Notes under the pieces: model-generated | Told to the model about the DNA's origin: nothing | The model's input: only the letters and a program-made list of their open reading frames with translations | Database searches by the model: none | Origin: an uncultured Chitinophaga sp. | GTDB taxonomy: Bacteria; Bacteroidota; Bacteroidia; NS11-12g; UBA9320 | Length of the DNA: 50,377 nt | Assembly (NCBI GenBank): GCA_964355045.1 | Contig: CAYHCM010000007.1 | Coordinates: 1-50,377, forward strand | Reading direction: 5' to 3' | Shown here: positions 1-9,600 of the stretch, one piece after another | Layout: every line of letters begins with the position of its first letter | How positions within the stretch are numbered: position 1 is the stretch's first letter | Position numbers and translations under genes: made by a program

Positions 1-1058
1 GAGTAGTGGCCGACCCCGTTCGTTTGCAGGCTGAAATTGAAAAACTGATAGCAGCCGGAGTGGATGTAAAAAGCAAACTGCTTATTTCTAAAAAAGCACA
101 TATCATTTTACCAACCCACCGCATATTGGATATGGCCAACGAAGCAGCAAAAGGTGATAAAAAAATAGGAAGCACACTGCGCGGTATTGGCCCTACCTAT
201 ATGGATAAAACGGGTAGGAATGGTTTACGGATTGGTGATATTATTTCACCAAATTTTAAAACCCATTACAACGAATTGGTTCAAAAACATTTGAAGCTTA
301 TTCAAAATTTTGGTTATACCGATTTTGATTTGGCCGAATTGGAAGTTCCGTTTTACGAAGCCCTTGATTTTTTAAGAACTTATAAACTTATTGACAGCGA
401 ATATTATTTGAACAACGCCTTAAAAGATGGAAAAAAAATATTGGCCGAAGGAGCACAAGGCAGTTTGTTGGATATTGATTTTGGCTCATACCCTTTTGTT
501 ACCAGTAGCAGCACCACCGCCGGCGGGGTGTGCACCGGTTTGGGAATTCCTCCGGGTTCAATAAATAAAGTAATTGGAATTTTTAAAGCCTATTGCACAC
601 GGGTTGGGAGTGGCCCTTTTCCATCGGAACTTAATGATGCCATGGGAGAACAATTGCGTCAGCAGGGAAATGAGTTTGGAGCAACCACCGGACGGCCCCG
701 ACGAACCGGTTGGTTGGATTTACCGGCCTTACATTATTCGGTTATGATCAATGGGGTAAATGAATTGGTAATGATGAAAAGCGATGTATTAAGCGGACTG
801 GAGGAAGTAAAGGTGTGTACATCCTATAAAACAGATGGCATTGAGACTACTCAAATGCCTTTTGAAATTTGCGATGCCAAAATCGAGCCTATTTATGAGT
901 CTTTCCCCGGTTGGCAGGATGATCTGACCAAAATCAGAAGTTTTGAAAATTTACCGGCGTCATTTAAAAGCTATTGCGATGAAATTTCTATACGCTCCGG
1001 CTGCAAAATAAATATCATTTCGGTAGGGCCCGACAGGGAGGAGACGATTGCTTGTTAG
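1..1058 (+). CDS. purA: adenylosuccinate synthase, 5'-truncated by window edge
   Basis: The frame of ORF 6..1058 is open to the window start. Motifs KIGSTLRGIGPTYMDK, GATTGRPRRTGW and ISVGPDR are typical of PurA. Length suggests roughly 70-75 N-terminal codons are missing. Confidence 0.93.
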   Translation, partial: VVADPVRLQAEIEKLIAAGVDVKSKLLISKKAHIILPTHRILDMANEAAKGDKKIGSTLRGIGPTYMDKTGRNGLRIGDIISPNFKTHYNELVQKHLKLIQNFGYTDFDLAELEVPFYEALDFLRTYKLIDSEYYLNNALKDGKKILAEGAQGSLLDIDFGSYPFVTSSSTTAGGVCTGLGIPPGSINKVIGIFKAYCTRVGSGPFPSELNDAMGEQLRQQGNEFGATTGRPRRTGWLDLPALHYSVMINGVNELVMMKSDVLSGLEEVKVCTSYKTDGIETTQMPFEICDAKIEPIYESFPGWQDDLTKIRSFENLPASFKSYCDEISIRSGCKINIISVGPDREETIAC

Positions 1059-1064
1059 AAAACT

Positions 1065-1625
1065 TTAGGATTTTATATGCCGTTTTGATTTTATTTTAGG
1101 CTGAATTAAGCTTTTGTAGCTGTAAAGTTTAGGAAATCCTATAGCCACTTTAATAAACCATAAATCGCTTTTATTCGTAATAGCATTAATCCCAAAGCCA
1201 ATCATTGTTGAGAAGGAGGTTATTTTAAAATCCATACCAAATCCCAAGCCTACTGTAAGGTACAAATTTTTCTGAATTGAATCGGGTGCAGATTTGGTTT
1301 TAAAATATTGAATACCGTAAACCATAATCGGTATAATGTTTTGTTTACATTTATCAAATCGAAATTGTGCTGAAAAATCTAAACCCATCGTTTTGTAATT
1401 GCTGTCTAATTTAAACAAAGGCCCTATAGAATATTGCATATAATTAAGGCGGCTAAATTGAAACTTTGGAGAAATAGCAATTGAATTATTGCTGTTCAAT
1501 GTATAAGTCGAGAGGTTCAAACCCAATTTCGTTTTCAAATATTCCTTGGTTTGGGCTTTAATATTTAGGGGTAATGAAATTATAAGCACGAAAAAAAGTG
1601 GATAGTAAGTTTTTGTTTTTTTCAT
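1065..1625 (-). CDS. hypothetical outer-membrane beta-barrel-like protein
   Basis: ORF 1065..1691. The internal ATG at 1625 gives the signal peptide MKKTKTYYPLFFVLIISLPLNIKAQ. Alternating-hydrophobic beta-strand pattern with an aromatic-rich C-terminus. Confidence 0.55.
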   Translation of the reverse strand: MKKTKTYYPLFFVLIISLPLNIKAQTKEYLKTKLGLNLSTYTLNSNNSIAISPKFQFSRLNYMQYSIGPLFKLDSNYKTMGLDFSAQFRFDKCKQNIIPIMVYGIQYFKTKSAPDSIQKNLYLTVGLGFGMDFKITSFSTMIGFGINAITNKSDLWFIKVAIGFPKLYSYKSLIQPKIKSKRHIKS

Positions 1626-1764
1626 TTCCGGATTATTAAGAATAACAAATCTAAAAAAATAAAACGATTCATAAGTATTTTTATTCTCCAAAATTTTCCA
1701 AATCCAATAACTTCAATATTGGATAACCCTTTAATCCATTAAATTTGCGGCGTCAAAAAACATA

Positions 1765-1803
1765 GAACTCAGAACAACGAACTCAGAACAACGAACTCAG
1801 AAC
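1765..1803. repeat. tandem 14-nt (2x7) word repeat GAACTCAGAACAAC, about 2.8 copies, just upstream of sucC
   Basis: Read directly: units at 1765-1778 and 1779-1792, and a partial unit at 1793-1803. Confidence 0.9.
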
Positions 1804-1811
1804 TAAAAAAC

Positions 1812-3023
1812 ATGAACATCCACGAATATCAAGCCAAAGAAATATTAAAAAAATACGGAGTAGCCGTGCAGGAAGGACAGGTTGCATCTAATCCGGATGA
1901 AGCTGTAAAAGCTGCTGAAAAAATGAAGGAGCTTTACAATTCGGATTGGGTGGTTCTAAAATCCCAAATACATGCCGGTGGTAGGGGAAAAGGGAAAATA
2001 GTTGGTACTGAACAACGTGGAGTGGCTTTGGCAAAAAATCATACTCAGGTAGCCGAAATAGCCAAAAGCCTTTTGGGAAATACTTTGGTAACCATCCAAA
2101 CAGGTCCAAAAGGAAAAAAAGTGAATAAAGTTTTGGTAGCTCAGGATGTTTATTATCCCGGAACTTCTGAACCCAAAGAATATTATATGAGTGTTTTGTT
2201 GGATAGGTCAACGAGTCAAAACGTAATAGTTTATACCACCGAAGGAGGCATGGATATTGAAGAAGTAGCTCATAATTCGCCTGAAAAAATTCATAAGGAA
2301 TGGATAGATCCTCTCGTTGGATTGCAACCATTTCAGGCCCGAAAAATTGCCTTTAATTTAGGATTAACCGGCAAAGCCAATAAAGAAATGGTAGCGTTCG
2401 TTACGTCTCTTTATACCGCTTATGTGGCCATTGACGCCTCCATGTTCGAAATTAATCCGGTTCTTAAAACCAGCGACGACCGCATAATGGCTGTGGACGG
2501 AAAAGTAGGATTGGATGATAATGCGCTTTATCGCCATCCCGATTTGATGGCCTTGCGGGATTTAGAAGAAGAAGACCCTGCCGAGGTAGAAGCCAGTGAG
2601 TATGATTTGAATTATGTGCAGTTGGATGGAAACGTAGGCTGTATGGTAAACGGCGCCGGATTGGCTATGGCCACCATGGATATAATAAAATTATCGGGCG
2701 GCGAACCGGCCAACTTTTTGGATGTAGGCGGAACCGCCAATGCTGAAAATGTAGAAAAAGCCATGCGTATTATTTTGAAAGACAAAAAAGTGAAAGCAAT
2801 TCTTATCAATATTTTTGGTGGGATTGTCCGTTGCGACCGGGTGGCTCAGGGCGTAGTAGATGCTTATAAAAATATTGGAGAAATACCGGTTCCTATTATT
2901 GTAAGGTTGCAGGGAACCAATGCCATTGAGGCCAAAAAATTAATTGATGAAAGTGGCCTGAAGGTAAAATCGGCTATAGCCTTAAAGGAGGCTGCCGATT
3001 TGGTGGAAGAGGTATTGAGGTGA
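1812..3023 (+). CDS. sucC: succinate--CoA ligase (ADP-forming) beta subunit
   Basis: 403 aa. N-terminus MNIHEYQAKEILKKYGV and the motifs GCMVNGAGLAMATMD and NIFGGIVRCD are characteristic of SucC. Confidence 0.95.
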   Translation: MNIHEYQAKEILKKYGVAVQEGQVASNPDEAVKAAEKMKELYNSDWVVLKSQIHAGGRGKGKIVGTEQRGVALAKNHTQVAEIAKSLLGNTLVTIQTGPKGKKVNKVLVAQDVYYPGTSEPKEYYMSVLLDRSTSQNVIVYTTEGGMDIEEVAHNSPEKIHKEWIDPLVGLQPFQARKIAFNLGLTGKANKEMVAFVTSLYTAYVAIDASMFEINPVLKTSDDRIMAVDGKVGLDDNALYRHPDLMALRDLEEEDPAEVEASEYDLNYVQLDGNVGCMVNGAGLAMATMDIIKLSGGEPANFLDVGGTANAENVEKAMRIILKDKKVKAILINIFGGIVRCDRVAQGVVDAYKNIGEIPVPIIVRLQGTNAIEAKKLIDESGLKVKSAIALKEAADLVEEVLR

Positions 3024-3042
3024 TTGATTGATTTAAAGATTT

Positions 3043-3091
3043 GGAAATTTGGAAATGAAAATTTCAAAAATAAAATTCAAATTTCAATTTG
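3043..3091. repeat. period-7 word array (GGAAATT TGGAAAT GAAAATT TCAAAAA TAAAATT CAAATTT CAATTTG)
   Basis: Read directly in the sucC-tsaC spacer. It is preceded by TGATTGATTGA (3021-3031), which places stops in all three frames. Confidence 0.8.
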
Positions 3092-3189
3092 AATATCTGA
3101 TTTAATCTGAATTCAAATATTTTTTTTAAAATCTAAGAATCTGTGGCACTTGAAGTACCGTCAAGAAACCTACATTTGCCTTTTCGCTT

Positions 3190-3798
3190 ATGCTCATCGA
3201 AATCCGTCCACAAAATCCCGATGCCCGTCAAATAAGGGAAGTGGCTGATGTATTGAACAATGGTGGATTAGTTATTATTCCAACAGATACCATATATGCG
3301 GCAGCGTGTTTAATATCCAATAGTAAAGGGATAGAATCCATGGCCAAAAAATTAGGAAAAAAAGTAAATAAAGCTTTTTTCTCCATCTTGTGTCCTGATT
3401 TTAGCAAGCTGTCTGAATATACGTTACCCTTTTCAAATACCACTTTTAAACTTATGAAACAGGTTTTGCCCGGGCCGTTTACATTTATTTTAAAAGCAAG
3501 CAATCATGTGCCCCGACTTTTTAGGGAAAATAAAAAAACCATTGGAATTCGCATACCTGACAATGCCATATTACAAGCCATCCTTGAGCAACTTGGTGAG
3601 CCATTGGTAGCTACATCTATCAATGCGCAGGATGAAATTGTAGAATATCTAACCGATCCTTTTGAAATACATGAAATTTTTGGAGGGATAGTTGATATGG
3701 TAATAGATGGTGGAATTGGAGGAAATATTGCTTCCACCATAATAGATTGTACGGAAGATGTTCCTGAAATAATTCGTGAAGGAAAGGGGATAATTTAA
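3190..3798 (+). CDS. tsaC: L-threonylcarbamoyladenylate synthase (YrdC/Sua5 family, short form)
   Basis: 202 aa. Motifs IIPTDTIYAAAC, KTIGIRIPDN and PLVATSIN fit the YrdC domain. Confidence 0.85.
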   Translation: MLIEIRPQNPDARQIREVADVLNNGGLVIIPTDTIYAAACLISNSKGIESMAKKLGKKVNKAFFSILCPDFSKLSEYTLPFSNTTFKLMKQVLPGPFTFILKASNHVPRLFRENKKTIGIRIPDNAILQAILEQLGEPLVATSINAQDEIVEYLTDPFEIHEIFGGIVDMVIDGGIGGNIASTIIDCTEDVPEIIREGKGII

Positions 3799-3825
3799 AA
3801 TTTAGAAAAATGAAACTTTCGCTCA

Positions 3826-3885
3826 AAGGAAGCCTTCGCTTAGAGCCAAGTCTTCCTTAAAAAAGACGATAGCGAAGGCTTCCTT
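3826..3885 (+). other. long stem-loop: 15-bp perfect stem with a 30-nt loop that contains a 5-bp sub-stem
   Basis: AAGGAAGCCTTCGCT (3826-3840) is the exact reverse complement of AGCGAAGGCTTCCTT (3871-3885). Lies between tsaC and the ABM gene. Confidence 0.6.
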
Positions 3886-3919
3886 AAAAACAGGAAATAT
3901 TCCATAAACAAAAAATTGT

Positions 3920-4204
3920 ATGATAAACAGAATTGTAAAAATGAATTTTAAGGAAAATAGTCTTGAAGCGTTCAAAAATTTATTTGAAAAAGTAAAAGTG
4001 CAAATTCAGTCTTTTCCCGGATGTAATGGTGTAAAACTTTTACAAGATATAAATGACCCTTGTATATTTATAACCTACAGCCTTTGGGATACCGAAGAAT
4101 CGCTTCATGCCTATAGAAAATCAGCTTTTTTTGATGATACCTGGCACAAAACAAAAGAGCTATTTAGTGATAAACCGGAGGCCTGGAGTTTAACTGAACA
4201 ATAA
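3920..4204 (+). CDS. antibiotic-biosynthesis-monooxygenase (ABM)-like small protein
   Basis: 94 aa. The pattern FKxxFxxVKxxIxxFPGCxxVxLLQD...ITYSLWDTEESLxAYRKSxFF resembles the ABM ferredoxin-like fold. Confidence 0.65.
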   Translation: MINRIVKMNFKENSLEAFKNLFEKVKVQIQSFPGCNGVKLLQDINDPCIFITYSLWDTEESLHAYRKSAFFDDTWHKTKELFSDKPEAWSLTEQ

Positions 4205-4270
4205 AAAAATTGAGAGAAACGTTTGAAGGTTTGAAAATTGTATAATTTCGCCTTATGTTTGAAAAATAAA

Positions 4271-5515
4271 ATGCAACGACTCATATTTTTTATTTCAATT
4301 TTTATAATGGCAGGTTGGGCAAGTGCCCAACAAGTTAATCTTGATAAGGCGGAACAAGCCATTAATGATAGTTTTTTCAAAAGGGCATACAAATTAACGA
4401 CGAGTGCATTGGTGCACGAAGAAACTAAAAAAGACCCATTAACTTACTATTTACATGCCATCAGTCTTTATGAACTTTCCAAAGACGATAAATTTTTGAA
4501 AAATCATCCGGAAGCTATAAAGGATGCCTGCAGCATGGTAATGAAAGCCAAACAAAAAGATAAGGATAAAAAATATGAAGGAAAATTTGATGTTTTTTTA
4601 GCCGACCTGGTAGTGGCAAATAATGTATTGGCCGAGGAGGAATACAAAGTGAACCGATACACCAAAGCCATAAAATACTATACCGTTTCCTATAATCTTA
4701 ACGGGGATACGGTTTCGTACTATATGATAGGCAAATCTTACCAGATGGGTGGCGACACGCCTAGTGCCAAGCATTTTTATAAAAATTTGATAAACTGGTA
4801 TGATGAATCACAAAAAACAGGAAAGACTATAATCAAGCCAATTGTTGACCCTTTTCTTTTTATGGTTGAAGTGCATTGGAAAAAAAAGAACTACGATTCA
4901 TCCAATCATTATTTGGATATTGGCAGAAATATATTTGGCGAAAAAAATGCTAAGATTAATTTTTATCAATACCTGATAGCCAAAGATCAGATTGCCAATC
5001 AACCACCATCTTCTCTTATGATGGAGATAGTAAGCAAGGCATTAATTTATAGCCCGGCCGATACATTTTTAATAAAAAAAGAAAATGCCTTGGCTCTTTA
5101 TCTTATCCGAAATGCCATAAACACACCAAATACAATTGAAACTGACAGCATGATATTTAGGTTTGCCCGAAAAAAAGCTGCCAAAGGCAACGACCCATCG
5201 TTTGAAGGATTAAAACGGGTGGATATATTTCTTCAACCTTATCCCGAAAATGTATTGTGGAAAATGAGCGACTATTATTATACCAATCTTCATGATGTGG
5301 CCGCTTCGTATTTAGCAAAAACATATATAATTTATACATCTACTTCCAATGATACTATTGCACCTACCGAAAAAGAAATAATAACGAGGTGGATTAAAAT
5401 CATTGAATTTGCCAGAGAAAATGAATTGCCGGGATACGTGGCTCTGCTCATAACGCAAGCCACAACCGATTATCCCGCCTCAAAAGAATTGGCGGAATTA
5501 AAAAAAAAACCTTAA
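4271..5515 (+). CDS. secreted helical-repeat (TPR-like) protein; probably the N-terminal half of a frameshifted larger gene
   Basis: ATG at 4271 gives the signal peptide MQRLIFFISIFIMAGWASAQ. The ORF stops at 5513-5515, immediately after an A10 run (5500-5509). Confidence 0.6.
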   Translation: MQRLIFFISIFIMAGWASAQQVNLDKAEQAINDSFFKRAYKLTTSALVHEETKKDPLTYYLHAISLYELSKDDKFLKNHPEAIKDACSMVMKAKQKDKDKKYEGKFDVFLADLVVANNVLAEEEYKVNRYTKAIKYYTVSYNLNGDTVSYYMIGKSYQMGGDTPSAKHFYKNLINWYDESQKTGKTIIKPIVDPFLFMVEVHWKKKNYDSSNHYLDIGRNIFGEKNAKINFYQYLIAKDQIANQPPSSLMMEIVSKALIYSPADTFLIKKENALALYLIRNAINTPNTIETDSMIFRFARKKAAKGNDPSFEGLKRVDIFLQPYPENVLWKMSDYYYTNLHDVAASYLAKTYIIYTSTSNDTIAPTEKEIITRWIKIIEFARENELPGYVALLITQATTDYPASKELAELKKKP

Positions 5516-5634
5516 TTGAATTACTAAAATTAAGCCTTAAATCCAGAGACAGGTATTTTATTAATAAAATATTTGCCGGTATAAAACTTCCTGCCCCTGA
5601 TCTAAAAACCCTTTACAAGGAAAATCTTTATATT

Positions 5635-6570
5635 TTGTTGAATTCCTTTATTGCCGAAGGAAAATTAATACAGGCTTCGCAAATTTTAAGAATTGAAAAG
5701 TTAAAAGATGCCGGCGATAAAAAACTTGATGAGATAGAACTTGCCCTTGGCCAGGAAAATTTTAAAATAAATTACTACAACACCCGTATTGCTTCAATTA
5801 AAGAAGGCACTAAAACTATTTATGAATACGAATGGGATGGAAATGCCAAAACCTGTATTAAAGGAAATATTCCCAATTATATTCAGCAAAAGGTTGAAGA
5901 CAGGATTAATTATTTTAGGGTTAGTGCCGGAGTTGCGCCCATTTATTTAGATTCACAATTGAACGACTGGTGTCAAAGGGCTGCTTTGGCAATGGAAAGC
6001 AATAATAAACTGAACCATGAAATACCAAAAATTTGGAATTGCTATAGCCCTGAAGCTGCCGAAGCGGCTAAGTTTAGTTTGCTTACGCAAAATGCTACCA
6101 CCACGTTGGCCGTTACCTCCTTTGTAGCAGACCAAACTCATCCAAGTTTGGGCAATCGCCGATGGATGCTATATCCGTTCAGCATGGTTTGGGGGCATGG
6201 AAGTACAAAATCAAAATGTGTTTTATGGGCTTTGGATGATTCTCGTCCCAGAGATACGTTATACTATAAAGCTAATTTTATAGCCTGGCCATATAACGGG
6301 TATATCAATAAAATGTTTTTGTTCAAAAAATGGTCGTTCAGCATGTATGCTGATATGAAGGACGCCCAGGTAAGCATGATGATGAACAAAGTTCCCATTA
6401 AATTAAAACTTGAAAATGCTGTGGATGGTTATGGATTGCCTACCTTGGTTTGGACACCTGAACTGGACCTTGCCAAACTGAAAGAAGGTGATAAAATAGA
6501 TGTAACCGTAAAGCTAAAAGGAAATAAAACCTATTATTACACCGTAAAAATCTTTGAATTCACACCTTAA
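5635..6570 (+). CDS. CAP/SCP/PR1-like domain protein; probably the C-terminal half of the gene starting at 4271
   Basis: RINYFRVSAGVAP...LNDWCQRAALAM...LNHE...GNRRWMLYP matches the CAP-domain pattern. The ORF has only a TTG start and no signal peptide. Its frame is open upstream to 5425. Confidence 0.6.
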   Translation: MLNSFIAEGKLIQASQILRIEKLKDAGDKKLDEIELALGQENFKINYYNTRIASIKEGTKTIYEYEWDGNAKTCIKGNIPNYIQQKVEDRINYFRVSAGVAPIYLDSQLNDWCQRAALAMESNNKLNHEIPKIWNCYSPEAAEAAKFSLLTQNATTTLAVTSFVADQTHPSLGNRRWMLYPFSMVWGHGSTKSKCVLWALDDSRPRDTLYYKANFIAWPYNGYINKMFLFKKWSFSMYADMKDAQVSMMMNKVPIKLKLENAVDGYGLPTLVWTPELDLAKLKEGDKIDVTVKLKGNKTYYYTVKIFEFTP

Positions 6571-6647
6571 ATAGTAAAATATTTGCCATTAATAAATTAA
6601 TAACAACTTTTTTCAAATTAAATGCGTCTATTTGTAAAGGATTATTA

Positions 6648-9600
6648 ATGACTTTTAAAGTATTACACATATTCAAACCATACTTTAGAGTATTAGCCTC
6701 GGCGGTTCTTCTCTTTTATTACACCTTTTCTTCAGCTCAGTTTATTGAAAACAAAGGGCAGTTAGATTCTAAAATTCTTTATAATAAACCAATTTATTCA
6801 GGCAATGTGCTCATTTCCGAACAGGGAATATCCTATCTGTTTTATGATAATTCAGAGTTTCAGGAATTGTATGAAAAGTCGCATCACGCCAAGGATGCAC
6901 CATTATTTAAAAAAAATAAAAACGAACCTTTAATTATAAAATATCACAGCATTGAGCAACAATTTATAGGTGGTAAAATTAAGGAAGCTAATATTAGTGA
7001 ATCGTCAGAGCAATCCTGCAGGTACAATTATTTTTTAGGAAATGATAAAACCAAATGGGCCTCGGATGTAAAATCGTTTAATAAATTAGTGGTAAAAGAA
7101 CTTTACCCAAACATTGACCTTGAACTTATATCGGAAGGAATAGAATTAAAATATAATTTCATTTGCCGGCCGGGTAGCAATCCTGCATTAATAAAAATAT
7201 GTTATAAAGGAGCCGATGCTTTGCAAATGATTGGCAATTCATTAAAAATTAAAACATCCGTTATCGAATATTCCGAAACCATTCCTGTAAGCTATATAAT
7301 AAGCAAAGCCAATACAAGTGAAACCATTTTGGTAAACATGAAATTGGATGGAAATATTTTAACGTTTACCAATATTCCACAGGATTTTGTAAACTCTAAT
7401 TCAACTTTGGTGATTGATCCAAAATTAATTTTTTCAACCTATTCAGGCACTACGGCTGATAATTTTGGTTTTACAGCAACCTATGACGATGATGGAAATA
7501 TGTATGCCGGTGGAATTACAACCGAAGCATATGCCCAAATCCCAAATGGCAAATACCCAACCACCCCGGGAGCTTTCGACCAAACCTACAACGGAGGCAC
7601 CGACAATAATATCAATCCTTATTATACTTTTCCCTGCGATATTACTATTAGTAAATACTCGCCCGATGGAAAAAATTTAATTTACGCCACTTACATTGGA
7701 GGTTCCGATAATGATTATCCGCATAGTTTGGTGGTAGATAAATCGGGCAATTTGGTAATCCTGGGTTCTACTTTTTCATACAATTACCCCACTTCGGGGA
7801 ATTCTTACTCTTCAATGAAAGACGGAGGTTCTGATATTATTTTAACAAAACTAAATTCAACCGGAAGTGCTTTGGTTGGCTCCACGTATTTTGGAGGTTC
7901 TGAAAATGATGGTTTAAATGAATCAATAACCACCCGCTATTTTTATGCTGATAATTTCAGGGGAGATGTAATTTGTGATGATGCTGGTGCAATGTATGGT
8001 GTAATTTCTACCCTAAGCGATGATATTGAAATTAAAAACGGTTTTAAAAGATATAATACCAATGCCGTGCAGCAGGGTTTAATTTTTAAATTTTCGCCCG
8101 ATGCATCCAGTTTAATTTGGTCGAGCTACGTTGGGGGGGATAAAAACTCAAGTATTTACAGTATTGATTTTGATAAAAATAAAGATATTTATGTTTCGGG
8201 CGGCACAGGTGGTTCAGGATTATCAAATACTACCGGAACCATAAATCCAAATTATTTAGGAGGAAGAGCCGATGGATATATCGCTAAAATATCGGCCGAT
8301 GGAAAAACGCTGATAAAAGCAACTTATTTTGGTACTGATAAATACGACCAAATAATTTCATTGGAGGTGGACGACTATAACAGAGTTTATGTAGTTGGGC
8401 AAACGGAAGGAGTAATCCCAATCAAAGGAACAGTTTATAATACCGGAAACACCGGTCAGTTTTTGACAGTGCTTACTAATGACCTTACATCCATTATTTA
8501 CAGTGCCACATTTGGAGCCGGAGACGGAAGGCCGGATATTACCATTAATGCCTTTATGGTGGCTCAATGCAACAGGGTTTTTATTTCAGGTTGGGGGGGC
8601 AAAACCAGTTCAGTGGCCTGGAGTACTACTAAAAATTTACCCATAACTTCGGATGCCATTCAAAAAACAACCGATGGCAGCGATTTTTATATTATTGTTT
8701 TTTCGAAGGAACTTAAAAAATTGCTTTATGCAACCTATTTTGGCGGTAATCAAACCGGCGACCATGTGGATGGAGGAACCAGTCGTTTTGACAAAAAAGG
8801 AGTCATTTATCAATCCGTTTGTTCTAGTTGCCCTATGGGAACTCAAGTAGGGCCAATAAGCGATTTCCCTACAAGTAAAGGCGCATATGCCGAGAAAAAT
8901 ATAAGCCCGCGATGCAGCAATGCAGCTTTTAAATTTGCCCTTGAAAATTTGAATCTACAACCACAGTTGCGGGATACCTTTTTTAAGTTAATGGCTTTTG
9001 ATACCGTAACATTTGATTATACAATTACCGACCCCGATGATGATACGCTTAATGTTCAATTCACTTCTCTTCAAAATGTTGAAAAATCTTTTTTTAAATT
9101 TCCATCTACACAATGGGGTGTTGCCAAAACAGTTACAAATTTTTCGTGGTCGCCCAAATGTATTCATGTAGGTCAGGATACATTTGTGATAAAAGCAGAT
9201 GTCCAGGACAGGGGTTGTCCCGATTTTAAAACCAATACCGGTTATATTAAAATAGTGGTAACTCCGCCGCCTGTGCTACCTCCGCCCGAAACAACGTGTT
9301 TGGTATTTACAAAAAACGATGAGTTAAATATTTCATGGTCAGCCCTCCCCTATTCCCGATATTTTGCCTACACCGTTTTGTATAAGGTTTTCCCTGATGG
9401 AAAAACAGTGGTGATGGATACCTTCCGAACCATGGATGCTGGTAATATTCTTGATAAAAATGTTATTAATCCAAGAACTAAAAATTACAGCTATTACTTA
9501 AAAGTGGTAAATTTATGTAATGTAGAAGGTGCATTGTCTTACAAAGTCTCATCTGTTCAGGAGAATGATTTTCCTATAAAACCTACTCAACTTATAACAG

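Noticed and set aside
1888-3067. Minus-strand ORFs inside sucC (1888..2331, 2612..2809, 2864..3067)
   Set aside because: They are antisense shadows of a strongly supported CDS, with no motifs. The same reasoning applies to the antisense or alternative-frame ORFs listed inside tsaC, paaE, paaA, paaH, paaJ, paaZ, phoH, dnaN, GH92, the DUF2339-like gene and the large T9SS gene.
4238-4270. TTG start at 4238 for the 425-aa ORF
   Set aside because: The ATG at 4271 directly precedes a canonical signal peptide. The 11 upstream codons add nothing recognisable.
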